NCBI GenBank assembly: GCA_964427405.1
Contig: CAYRUB010000001.1
Coordinates: 80,752-144,751, forward strand
From: an uncultured Planctomycetales bacterium
GTDB taxonomy: Bacteria; Omnitrophota; Gorgyraeia; Gygaellales; Profunditerraquicolaceae
DNA: 64,000 nucleotides
Direction: 5' to 3'
The stretch's first letter is position 1. Every line of letters starts with the position of its first letter. The notes under the pieces are model-generated. The model had not been told where the DNA came from. It made no database searches and saw nothing but the letters and a program-made list of their open reading frames with translations. Positions 32,830 to 41,943 of the stretch are shown here, piece by piece. The position numbers and the translations under genes are program-made.

Positions 32830-33993
32830 TTATCGAAATGATTTCTTAAACTTATCCGTAAAACTATCCTTAGTCCCCAGATCCTCACCGCTAAGACGGG
32901 CAAACTCTTCCATTAATTGTCTTTGTTGATTCGATAACCTCGCCGGAATCTCAATATTCACCTTCACCAGCTCATCTCCTATATCCCGGGAATGCAAATC
33001 CGATATTCCTTTGCCCTTAAGACGAAAAGTCTTACCGCACTGAGTACCCGGAGGTATCTTCATAGTCAACCTTCCCTCTAGGGCAGGTACTTCTACCTCT
33101 CCGCCTAAAACAGCTTTGGCTAAACTAATATTAACTGAAGTAGCAATATCATTGTTATGTCTTTCAAAGATATCATGCGGCCTTACTTCAATAACAACAT
33201 AAAGATCCCCATGGCTGTTTATACCGGCCTCCCCTTCCTGGCGCACGCGTAATTGAGAACCGGTATCTACGCCCGCAGGGATCTTAACTTTTATTTTCTT
33301 GGTGACCTTAACTCTTCCCTCTCCACGGCAATCCGGGCAAGGAGACTGAATAACTGACCCTTCTCCTCTGCAACGGGAGCAAGTCTGCGCTAACTGAAAA
33401 AATCCATTAGAAACAACCGTCCTGCCTGAACCCTTACATTGAGGACAGGTATTTCTCTTTGTCCCAGTTTTTGCTCCGCTACCTCCGCAACTAGCACAAG
33501 TTTCGTAACGCGGCACAGTAATTATTTTCTCAAGCCCTTGCGCTGCCTCTTCCAAAGAAATATCAATAGCTATCTGCAAATCCCTGCCGCGACGCCTGGC
33601 AGACTGAGCCCTTGTTTGCCGCGTGCCCGAAATATCAAAACCAAGATCTCCGAATATTTCTTCAAATATGCTCCCGCCTGAATCAGAACCACCTCCCATT
33701 TCCCTAAAGATACTGCTAAAATCAGCGCCTTTAAAGATATCTTCCTGGGCGTATTTCTGGTCGATCCCGGAGTGGCCATATTTATCGTAAAGATCGCGCT
33801 TAGCAGAATCCGAGAGCACGGCATATGCCTCAGAAACTTCCTTAAATTTCTCCTCGGCTTCTTTTTTTTGCTCAGCAGGAACACGATCCGGGTGAAACTT
33901 AAGCGCCATCTCCCGATAAGACTTTCTTACATCTTCCGGGGAAGCGCTTTTGGCTACCCCCAATATCTCATAATAATCACGCTTGGTAGACAT
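32830..33993 (-). CDS. dnaJ: Chaperone DnaJ
   Basis: J domain DYYEILGV...HPD, G/F region, four CxxCxGxG repeats. Confidence 0.95.
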   Translation of the reverse strand: MSTKRDYYEILGVAKSASPEDVRKSYREMALKFHPDRVPAEQKKEAEEKFKEVSEAYAVLSDSAKRDLYDKYGHSGIDQKYAQEDIFKGADFSSIFREMGGGSDSGGSIFEEIFGDLGFDISGTRQTRAQSARRRGRDLQIAIDISLEEAAQGLEKIITVPRYETCASCGGSGAKTGTKRNTCPQCKGSGRTVVSNGFFQLAQTCSRCRGEGSVIQSPCPDCRGEGRVKVTKKIKVKIPAGVDTGSQLRVRQEGEAGINSHGDLYVVIEVRPHDIFERHNNDIATSVNISLAKAVLGGEVEVPALEGRLTMKIPPGTQCGKTFRLKGKGISDLHSRDIGDELVKVNIEIPARLSNQQRQLMEEFARLSGEDLGTKDSFTDKFKKSFR

Positions 33994-34002
33994 ATTTATT
34001 TT

Positions 34003-34063
34003 AAAAATCCGGGGACGCTTCTATTTTTATTCAGATAGAAACTTAAAAAATAGAAACGTCCCC
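34003..34063 (-). terminator. Intergenic stem-loop plus U-tract between dnaK and dnaJ (partial terminator/attenuator)
   Basis: mRNA sense: GGGGACG-UUUCUAUUUUU...AAAAAUAGAA-G-CGUCCCC then GGAUUUUU, ~15 nt before dnaJ ATG. Confidence 0.45.
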
Positions 34064-34076
34064 TAATTCCCCAATT

Positions 34077-36008
34077 TTACTTCTTATCGTCCTCTTCTTT
34101 GTATTCGGCGTCAATAATATCTTCGCTGGCTGGCTGAGCAGGACCTTCCTGCTGCTGGCCTTGAGTTTTTTCCTCTGTACCTGCATCAGAAGATTGTTTA
34201 GCGCCTGCCTGCTGTTTAGCAGCAGCCTGCTTATAAATCTCCTCAGCAAGCTTGTGTGAAACCTTGGTTAGCTCATCCATGCCTTTCTTAACCCGCTCAA
34301 TATTTTTATCCTTTATCGCAGACCTTAAATCATTAGTCTTAGCCTCGATATCCGCGCGTTCAGACTGGCTGACCTTATCTCCATAATCCTTTAGTGATTT
34401 CTCCGTAGCATATATAAGGTTATCCGCCTGGTTTATCGCCTCTACCTCTTCTTTCTTTTTAGAATCATCAGCCGCGTACTTCTCGGCATCGCGCACCATT
34501 TTATCAATTTCTTCTTTAGAAAGCTTCTTAGGCGCTGTAATTTTTATCGACTGCTCTTTCCCCGTACCCAGGTCTTTAGCAGAAACATGCACAATACCGT
34601 TAGCGTCAATGTCAAAAGCTACCTCTATTTGCGGCACGCCGCGCGGAGCAGAGGGAATTCCAACCAAATCAAATCTACCTAACTCAACATTTCCTTCCGC
34701 ATCAGCGATTGCGCGCTCTCCCTGGATAACCCGTATCGTTACCGCTGTCTGATTATCCGCGGCAGTAGAGAAAACCTGCGACTTACGCGTAGGAATTGTG
34801 GTATTTCTCTCGATCAATTTGGTATTTACTCCACCTAAGGTCTCAATACCTAAAGATAGCGGAGTAACATCAAGCAACAAAACATCCTTAACGTCGCCTT
34901 TAATGATTGCTGCCTGCACTGCTGCGCCTAAAGCCACGCATTCCATCGGATCAACCCCACGCTCGATTTTCTTACCCGTATAATCCTCTACAAACTTCTG
35001 CACAATAGGCATACGCGTAGGCCCGCCAACCATGATAATCTTATCCACACCCTTATCGCTAAAATTAATCCCTTCCTTTTCAAATGCCTCTTTTGCATCC
35101 TTTAAAGCATGCTCCAAAGGCCCCCGGCAACGCTCTATAATCGGGCCAACCAACTCTTCAAGTTTAGCCCGGTTAATGGACATGGTTAAATGCTTAGGCC
35201 CGGTAGAATCCGCAGTAATAAAAGGAAGATTAATATCTGTAGTAAGGGTACTGGAAAGCTCAACCTTGGCTTTTTCCGCGGCTTCACGCAGCCTCTGTAT
35301 GGCCATCTTGTCATCCTTCAAATCAATTCCAGTATCACGCTTAAACTCTTTGGCAATATAATCAATCAAGGTATTGTCCATATCCGTGCCGCCTAATTGA
35401 GTATCGCCGCTAGTTGCCATAACTTTAAAACCACCCTCTTTCCACATCTCCATAATCGTAACATCGAGGGTCCCGCCGCCTAAATCAAAAACCAGGATCT
35501 TTAACTCCTTACCGGCCTTTTCTAAACCATAAGCAAGGCAAGCAGCAGTAGGCTCATTAATAATTCTTAATACCTTTAATCCCGCAATCTCTCCCGCATC
35601 CTTAGTAGCTGTCCTCTGATTATCATCAAAATAAGCGGGGCAGGTAATTACTACCTCTTCTACTTTATCCCCAAGATACGCTTCCGCATCCTGCTTAACT
35701 TTCTGCAGGATAAAAGAAGAGATCTGCTGCGGAGTATACTCCTTGCCATAAGCTTTAAACTTATAGTCTGTACCCATTTTACGTTTGGCGGCCTGAATCG
35801 TTCCTTCCGCGTTTATAGCTGCCTGGCGCCTTGCCGGCTCACCCACCAGCCTCTGGCCATCCTTAGTAAAAGCGACAAAGGAAGGAAACGCCTTTCCTGA
35901 AGCAACACCTGCGCCTTCAGCCGAAGGAATAATCACCGGCCTGCCGCCTTCCATAACCGCAGCCGCTGAATTAGATGTCCCCAAATCAATACCAATTACT
36001 TTTGCCAT
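34077..36008 (-). CDS. dnaK: Chaperone DnaK (Hsp70)
   Basis: [14 protein letters not shown]..., DLGGGTLD, C-terminal EEDDKK; start trimmed to the SD-preceded ATG. Confidence 0.95.
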   Translation of the reverse strand: MAKVIGIDLGTSNSAAAVMEGGRPVIIPSAEGAGVASGKAFPSFVAFTKDGQRLVGEPARRQAAINAEGTIQAAKRKMGTDYKFKAYGKEYTPQQISSFILQKVKQDAEAYLGDKVEEVVITCPAYFDDNQRTATKDAGEIAGLKVLRIINEPTAACLAYGLEKAGKELKILVFDLGGGTLDVTIMEMWKEGGFKVMATSGDTQLGGTDMDNTLIDYIAKEFKRDTGIDLKDDKMAIQRLREAAEKAKVELSSTLTTDINLPFITADSTGPKHLTMSINRAKLEELVGPIIERCRGPLEHALKDAKEAFEKEGINFSDKGVDKIIMVGGPTRMPIVQKFVEDYTGKKIERGVDPMECVALGAAVQAAIIKGDVKDVLLLDVTPLSLGIETLGGVNTKLIERNTTIPTRKSQVFSTAADNQTAVTIRVIQGERAIADAEGNVELGRFDLVGIPSAPRGVPQIEVAFDIDANGIVHVSAKDLGTGKEQSIKITAPKKLSKEEIDKMVRDAEKYAADDSKKKEEVEAINQADNLIYATEKSLKDYGDKVSQSERADIEAKTNDLRSAIKDKNIERVKKGMDELTKVSHKLAEEIYKQAAAKQQAGAKQSSDAGTEEKTQGQQQEGPAQPASEDIIDAEYKEEDDKK

Positions 36009-36130
36009 AGTTAACCTCCTATTTTTTAGAAACTTGCCTACGTAGGCAACACCCGCGCAATTGGCCGTGAGGCCACACCAACGCAATTCATATTGGCGTT
36101 GGGTGACACAATCAACACGGGGTGCCCTGC

Positions 36131-36664
36131 CTATTTTTTAGAAACCTTCACTTTAGCGGTCCTGATTACCCGCTCATACATTAAGTATCCTTTTTGTAAA
36201 ACTTCAACGATCGTATTCTCCGGTAAATCTTTATTTTCTACCTGCATAAGGGCTTCGTGGTAATTCGGGTCAAAAACCTTGCCCTCAGCCTCAACAGGTT
36301 TTACTCCATGCGTTTTAAGTAATTCATAAAGGTGCGCCAGGATCATCTCCACGCCCTTTAAAAAAGCATTAAGATCTTCATGCTTATCTTCAGCCAAATT
36401 TATCACGCGCTCCAAATCATCCAGAACATTAAGTAACTCTAAAACTATCCCTTCATTGGCATATTTAATAAAATCCTGTTTTTCACGTTCGAGGCGTTTA
36501 CGCATATTCTCAAAATCTGCCTGGGAACGTAAAAGTTTATCCTGGAAATCTTTAGACTTTTGCGCCGCATCCTTAAGTTCGCTGTATTCAGATTCCTTAA
36601 GCGTAACCGTATCTAGCCCCTTATCCTCTTTATTATCCTTATTATTATCTTTTATATCATTCAT
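36131..36664 (-). CDS. grpE: Nucleotide exchange factor GrpE
   Basis: Coiled-coil N-terminus, RLEREKQDF..., C-terminal beta domain. Confidence 0.9.
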   Translation of the reverse strand: MNDIKDNNKDNKEDKGLDTVTLKESEYSELKDAAQKSKDFQDKLLRSQADFENMRKRLEREKQDFIKYANEGIVLELLNVLDDLERVINLAEDKHEDLNAFLKGVEMILAHLYELLKTHGVKPVEAEGKVFDPNYHEALMQVENKDLPENTIVEVLQKGYLMYERVIRTAKVKVSKK

Positions 36665-36666
36665 CT

Positions 36667-37401
36667 TTAAATTGTGCTGAGCACATCCGCTAAAACATCA
36701 GAAATATACTCTAAAGCAGGAATAATATGATCATACTCCATGCGCACCGGCCCTAATACCGCAATCCGTCCGGAAGACTGATCCTTTAATTTATATCTAG
36801 TGACTATTAAAGAACAGCTCTCCATCTCAGGAAACCCCAATTCACTTCCAATATAAATCTTTACCTTGCCGGGAAAGTCGCGGTTAACAATACCCAACAA
36901 CCGCCCCTTATCCTCCATCAGCCTAACCAGCAACCGTATTTTATCAGCATCCTTGAATTCCGGCTGATCTAATATACGGCTAATCCCCTTATAGAATATT
37001 TTATCCTGCCACTCAAGAAACGAAACAATACCCGCGTAATGCGTAATCTCGGAAATCACTTCAGAGGTGTTTTCCAGGGCATCGTCCAGGCGGCGGATCT
37101 TTCTTTTACAATCCTTTAAAATACGCTTTTTTTCTTCATCAAGCAGCTCAATCTGCTGAACAAGAAAATCCACATAATAGCGATAGCCTTTATCAGTAGG
37201 AATCCTGCCCCCTGAAGTATAAGGATGCTTCAAATACCCTGACTCATCAAGCTCGGAAAATATGTTCCTTATGGTAGCCGAACTTAAATCAAACTCATCC
37301 GCGATATCTTCGGAGGCTACGGGAACCGCATTCTTGATATAACGGTTGATAGCCGAGTTTAAAATTGATTTTCTGCGAGTGTTATAATCAACGCTGCGCA
37401 C
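36667..37401 (-). CDS. hrcA: Heat-inducible transcription repressor HrcA (compact, 244 aa, GTG start)
   Basis: N-terminal winged helix KSILNSAINRYIKNAVPVASEDIA, C-terminal GPVRMEYDHIIPALEY; CIRCE upstream. Confidence 0.85.
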   Translation of the reverse strand: MRSVDYNTRRKSILNSAINRYIKNAVPVASEDIADEFDLSSATIRNIFSELDESGYLKHPYTSGGRIPTDKGYRYYVDFLVQQIELLDEEKKRILKDCKRKIRRLDDALENTSEVISEITHYAGIVSFLEWQDKIFYKGISRILDQPEFKDADKIRLLVRLMEDKGRLLGIVNRDFPGKVKIYIGSELGFPEMESCSLIVTRYKLKDQSSGRIAVLGPVRMEYDHIIPALEYISDVLADVLSTI

Positions 37402-37482
37402 GCTTATTACCTCCTCTTACAGCTTTGGGGCTATCAATACTAAGCCGTAATTTTAACACAATTTGCCGCTTTGTCAATAAAA

Positions 37483-37509
37483 TTAGCACTTAAATCCAGA
37501 GAGTGCTAA
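37483..37509. promoter_or_regulatory. CIRCE operator (HrcA binding site)
   Basis: TTAGCACTT-AAATCCAGA-GAGTGCTAA versus consensus TTAGCACTC-N9-GAGTGCTAA; sigma70-like -35 TTGACA / -10 TAAAAT candidates immediately downstream in the hrcA direction (~37450-37478). Confidence 0.8.
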
Positions 37510-37527
37510 TATTTAACTAAAAAAATT

Positions 37528-37785
37528 TCATCCCCCCTTTTCTAAAATAATTTTTACCCCATGGATATTCACGCGTTTTTTCTCCATCAGGTAATGCACA
37601 TACTCCAGCCTTTTTAAGTCCCGCAAAGAATATAACCGGTTTTTCTTACCTATCCGCTTAGGACGCACCACTCCGGCTTTATCCAGCTGGCGCAATGTCC
37701 AGATAGGAATATCCACCAGCTTGCAAACCACACCGATCACATAAACCGGCTCCTCAGGGCCAATCTTAAGACTGAATACTGTCAT
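37528..37785 (-). CDS. Small MerR-family HTH regulator, HspR-like (85 aa)
   Basis: VYVIGVVCKLVDIPIWTLRQLDKAGVVRPKR...YSLRDLKRLEYVHYLMEKKRVNIHGVKIILE aligns by eye with the HspR DNA-binding region. Confidence 0.55.
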   Translation of the reverse strand: MTVFSLKIGPEEPVYVIGVVCKLVDIPIWTLRQLDKAGVVRPKRIGKKNRLYSLRDLKRLEYVHYLMEKKRVNIHGVKIILEKGG

Positions 37786-37863
37786 CGCCTAAACCTCCCA
37801 CGCAATAAGAATAACACAATCCGGATTATCTGTCAAGTAGAATAATTATTTTTGTTAGATAAC

Positions 37864-39123
37864 CTAACAGATAACTTCTATATCCTTATCCTTGTTTATT
37901 TTACTAAAGAGCTCTTTGGATATCTTTAAACTTATATTGATCCCCTTATCTAAATAATCAATTTTTTCTACCTTCGCCTTACGATAAAAGAAATCAACCA
38001 GCTCCATGCGGCTGTGCGGTATAACTATTTTCAAACTTAACATAAGACCGGAGAAATAACCCTGTATACCTTTAATTAAAGCTTCCATGTTTTCGCCTGT
38101 CTTAGCTGATAAAATAACAGCGTCAGTAAATTCCTCCTTGAGGATTTTCAACCAACTGCGGTCAAGAACCAAATCTATCTTGTTTAATGCCACCAGGACC
38201 GGTTTGTCTTTTAAGCCTAGTTCATCCAAAACACTCCGCACGGCCTGGTTATGCTGATGTATACGCTGATCAGCCACATCTAAAACATGGATCAGTAAAT
38301 CAGCGTCACTAACCTCCTCAAGCGTAGCTTTGAACGCTTCAATTAGATGGTGGGGAAGATCATGCAGAAAACCGACGGTATCGGAAACAATGATATCTTG
38401 CCCATTGGGCAACTGCAAACTCTTGGAAAGCGGGTCCAGTGTAGTAAATAATTTACCAGAAGTAACCTGAGTAGCATCAGTCAGGCGATTAAGTAACGTA
38501 GATTTGCCGGCGCTGGTGTAACCCACTAAAGCTACTGAAGGCAAATTATTCCCTTTTCTTTTTTTATGCGTAGTAAGGCGATGCGACCTGAATGTCTCTA
38601 AATCGTTTTTTAGTTTATCAATTCTTTTCCTGACCTGGCGCCGGTCAATCTCAAGCTTAGTCTCCCCCGGACCGCGGGTACCAACTCCGCCCCCTAAACG
38701 CGAAAGCATTATCCCCTTACCTACTAAACGAGGAAGTAAATATTGCAGCAAAGCCAACTCTACCTGCATCTTGCCTTCAGGGCTTTTGGCGCGGCGGCTG
38801 AAAATATCAAGGATCAGCTGCGTGCGGTCAATCGTTTTTCGACCAAGGGCATATTCAAGATTGCGCTGTTGAGTTCCGGACAGATCGTGACTAAAAATTA
38901 CCGTATCCACCGCCTCCTCGCTGGCGATGACACTAATCTCCTCAACTTTGCCTTTACCAATAAGATAATTTGCCGTAGCCCTATCGCAAATACAAACTAT
39001 ATTCTCAACCACCTCAACACCGGCTGAAACAGCCAGCTCCTCCAATTCCGAAGAGGTGTCTTCGATACGCCAGTGATGCTTATCCGTTTTTATTTGAATG
39101 CTGACTAAGAGAGCTTTTTCCAT
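37864..39123 (-). CDS. hflX: GTPase HflX
   Basis: HflX N-domain, G domain GYTSAGKSTLLNRLT, DTVGF. Confidence 0.85.
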   Translation of the reverse strand: MEKALLVSIQIKTDKHHWRIEDTSSELEELAVSAGVEVVENIVCICDRATANYLIGKGKVEEISVIASEEAVDTVIFSHDLSGTQQRNLEYALGRKTIDRTQLILDIFSRRAKSPEGKMQVELALLQYLLPRLVGKGIMLSRLGGGVGTRGPGETKLEIDRRQVRKRIDKLKNDLETFRSHRLTTHKKRKGNNLPSVALVGYTSAGKSTLLNRLTDATQVTSGKLFTTLDPLSKSLQLPNGQDIIVSDTVGFLHDLPHHLIEAFKATLEEVSDADLLIHVLDVADQRIHQHNQAVRSVLDELGLKDKPVLVALNKIDLVLDRSWLKILKEEFTDAVILSAKTGENMEALIKGIQGYFSGLMLSLKIVIPHSRMELVDFFYRKAKVEKIDYLDKGINISLKISKELFSKINKDKDIEVIC

Positions 39124-40025
39124 ATGCGTTTGGCAACCTCCCCGGGCGTTTCATTATCTTTAATATTAACCCACTGTATACGCTTGTCCTTCCTAAACCA
39201 AGTGAGTTGACGCTTGGCATAGTGCCTGCTATTAAGCTGGATAAAACGTTTGGCTTCATCCAAAGAATGCTTCCCATTAAAATAACCTTCCAATTCATGA
39301 ATTCCGATAGCGCAGTTGGCAGTCTTGCTTAATTTATGCTTGAGCAATTGCCTGGCTTCATTAATTAAACCGGAGCTAAACATTTTACTAACCCTTTGAT
39401 CGATTTTATCATAAAGGGATTGCCTGTCCGTGTTTAAAGCAAATATTTTAATTTCATACTCCCTACCCAAACCAACTCTATTCTTCTGCAAGACAGATAT
39501 AGGCTGTCCGGTCTTTGTGTAAACTTCCAAAGCGCGAATAATCCTCCTGGTATCATTGGGATGGATCTTTTTAGAAGACAGCGGGTCAACCTTGGTCAAT
39601 TTTTTATGCAGATATTTATTTCCTTTAAGCAATAACTGCTTATATAACCTGGCGCGGATTAGCCTATCTTCCGGGACAGCCGGAAAAAGCCCGTCAATTA
39701 TAATAGAATAATAAAGTCCGGCACCTCCCACAAACAGCGGAACTTTGTCTTTTAAAAATAATTTGCTGCAAATTGACATAGCATCTTTTCTATATCTGGC
39801 TACATTATATTCCTTAAACGGGCTTACTACACCAAGTAAATGATGTTTTACTTTCTCTCTTTGCGTACGGGTTGGTTGGGAAGTAACAATATCCATTGAA
39901 CGATATACCTGCATGGAATCACAGGAGATAATTTCGGCATTGATCTTCTTAGCCAAATGAATTGCAATTAGAGACTTGCCTATAGCGGTAGGGCCAATAA
40001 GGAAAAAAATCTTTTTCTTGAGCAT
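39105..40025 (-). CDS. miaA: tRNA dimethylallyltransferase
   Basis: IFFLIGPTAIGKSLIAIHLAKK P-loop, SMQVYRSMDI. Confidence 0.9.
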   Translation of the reverse strand: MLKKKIFFLIGPTAIGKSLIAIHLAKKINAEIISCDSMQVYRSMDIVTSQPTRTQREKVKHHLLGVVSPFKEYNVARYRKDAMSICSKLFLKDKVPLFVGGAGLYYSIIIDGLFPAVPEDRLIRARLYKQLLLKGNKYLHKKLTKVDPLSSKKIHPNDTRRIIRALEVYTKTGQPISVLQKNRVGLGREYEIKIFALNTDRQSLYDKIDQRVSKMFSSGLINEARQLLKHKLSKTANCAIGIHELEGYFNGKHSLDEAKRFIQLNSRHYAKRQLTWFRKDKRIQWVNIKDNETPGEVAKRIWKKLS

Positions 40026-40031
40026 AAAATA

Positions 40032-40796
40032 CTAAAGACAGAGCTTGGTTGAAAACCCTTCCCGGGAAAGCTTATTCTCTGCATCCAGCGCCTCCGCTTG
40101 TGTTTTAAACCTGCCCACCTTAACCCGGTAGCCTTCGCTGGAGCCCTCCACGTAAGCAGGATATCCCATAACCAGAAGTTTATCCTTAAAATTAACCGCA
40201 TTTAAATTCTTTACAAAAAAACCTACCTGTACCGAAAATTCACCAATTTCATTTAAAAGCGGTTCGCTGCGCGGTATGCCCTTGGCAGATCTTAATTCAA
40301 GGCTTAAAGGAAAATCTCTTTTTAACTTTAATAAATATCCATCGAACTGCTGCTTGTCGCCTTTTCTATAACCTGACTGGCTTAAACGATACAATATTCC
40401 AGCTCGTAAGATGGTATTAGGATTGTCTTCAAGCAGTTTATTATAAATATCTTCTGCATCCTGAAATTGCCCTTTAATTAAATAAACATCCGCTGAAGCC
40501 ACGGCAGCTTGCTCCTTAAATTTACTGATAGGATTGCTTAAGATACGGTGGAAACAATCTTGTGCCTGCTCTAGCTTGTCCTCTTTTAAATAACTCAAGC
40601 CTAATAAATAGTTTAACTCATCCGCGCCCTGGATACTGAAACGACCGGCCTGAGCCTGCCCTTCAAGTATTACCCTGCGGTAATTTCCTTGTAAAAAATC
40701 AGCTTTTAAAGTATCCAGGTTAGCCGACCAACTGATAGCCGGAAAAAGAAAAATAGCCAAGATTATAAAATTGAGTTTAAGCTTTTGCATATCCAT
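40032..40796 (-). CDS. Secreted TPR-like protein with C-terminal SPOR (peptidoglycan-binding) domain
   Basis: Signal peptide, TPR-like helices, C-terminal FSVQVGFF...YRVKVGRF SPOR motif; start trimmed to internal Met. Confidence 0.55.
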   Translation of the reverse strand: MDMQKLKLNFIILAIFLFPAISWSANLDTLKADFLQGNYRRVILEGQAQAGRFSIQGADELNYLLGLSYLKEDKLEQAQDCFHRILSNPISKFKEQAAVASADVYLIKGQFQDAEDIYNKLLEDNPNTILRAGILYRLSQSGYRKGDKQQFDGYLLKLKRDFPLSLELRSAKGIPRSEPLLNEIGEFSVQVGFFVKNLNAVNFKDKLLVMGYPAYVEGSSEGYRVKVGRFKTQAEALDAENKLSREGFSTKLCL

Positions 40797-41943
40797 GTTT
40801 AATCCCCAACCTATTAGAAATTCCTCTCTGCAAATCAAGAATTTTCTTATGCCGCTCCTCTTTTTCTTCCTTAGTCAGCGTTTCAGCTAACTTTGCTGCT
40901 TCCGTGTTCGGCCTGGGAGAATACTTAAAAATATAGGCAGCATTAAACCTTACTTCTTTAACCAAATCAAAAGTATCCTTAAACTCTTTATCAGTCTCAG
41001 TGGGGAATCCCACAATAATATCCGTAGTTAAAATTCCTTCTTTAACAATTTTACGATAAGAATCAATTAAAGCCAAGTATTCTTTTACCGAATACCCCCG
41101 CTTCATAAGTTTAAGTATCCTGTCTACGCCTGATTGCATGGGCAGATGCAGCGACTTAGCCAACTTGCCCAAATCACGTATGGCCTGAAAAAATTCAATA
41201 TTGGCATCCTTAGGATGAGAGGTAAAAAAATCAAACTCTTTTAAACCTTCTAAGGCATTAACCCGTGCCAACAGTTTTGTGAAATTAACCCCATCATCAT
41301 GATAGGCGTTAACATTCTGTCCCAAGAGAGTGATTTTAGTAACCCCATGAGAAATAGCCTCTTGAATTTCCATAAGTATGTTTTTATTCTTACGGTGGCG
41401 CAAAGGGCCGCGTACATACGGCACTACACAATAAGAACAAAAATTAGAACACCCCTCGGATATAACCACGTACGCATGATCTTGGTTTTGTAAGAAACCG
41501 GTATGGTAAATCTCTTCCGGCCGATTAAGGCTATCCACCTCCCAAATCTTACGCTCAAAAAACTCCCGAGAAGTAAACTTACTTAATATTTCAGGAATTT
41601 TATAGATATCCTGCGGCCCAACAACAAAACTGACATTTGCATCGCGCTCGAATGCGCGTTCTTTATAATTCTGGGCCATACAACCTACTAAGCCGATTAT
41701 CTTAGAACCTTTATAACTTCCAATCAAACTCCACACCCTGTCCTCAGCATGCTGACGCACAGAACAGGTATTAAATATAACAACATCCGCATCACGGTCA
41801 GAAGTACAAATTTTATAACCGGCGTTCTTCAATAATCCGCAGATTACCTCGGAATCCCGCACATTCATCTGACAACCAAAAGTTCTGATATACAGGACTG
41901 GCTTCTTTTTCTCGGAACCACTTGAATTTCCTCGAGATGACAT
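40777..41943 (-). CDS. miaB: MiaB-family radical-SAM methylthiotransferase
   Basis: MTTase N-domain VLYIRTFGCQMN, radical SAM CSNFCSYCVVP; annotated N-terminal 14 aa overlap the recombinase gene 3' end, so the true start is uncertain. Confidence 0.75.
   Translation of the reverse strand: MSSRGNSSGSEKKKPVLYIRTFGCQMNVRDSEVICGLLKNAGYKICTSDRDADVVIFNTCSVRQHAEDRVWSLIGSYKGSKIIGLVGCMAQNYKERAFERDANVSFVVGPQDIYKIPEILSKFTSREFFERKIWEVDSLNRPEEIYHTGFLQNQDHAYVVISEGCSNFCSYCVVPYVRGPLRHRKNKNILMEIQEAISHGVTKITLLGQNVNAYHDDGVNFTKLLARVNALEGLKEFDFFTSHPKDANIEFFQAIRDLGKLAKSLHLPMQSGVDRILKLMKRGYSVKEYLALIDSYRKIVKEGILTTDIIVGFPTETDKEFKDTFDLVKEVRFNAAYIFKYSPRPNTEAAKLAETLTKEEKEERHKKILDLQRGISNRLGIKHGYAKA

Noticed and set aside
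36667-37401. HrcA as a truncated pseudogene
   Set aside because: Although ~100 aa shorter than typical HrcA, both the N-terminal wHTH and the conserved C-terminal GPxRMxY motif are present in one intact frame with an SD-preceded GTG start, so it is kept as a compact functional HrcA.
39080-40201. Short minus-strand ORFs 39080..39298 and 39980..40201
   Set aside because: Out-of-frame overlaps of the hflX/miaA and miaA/SPOR junctions.
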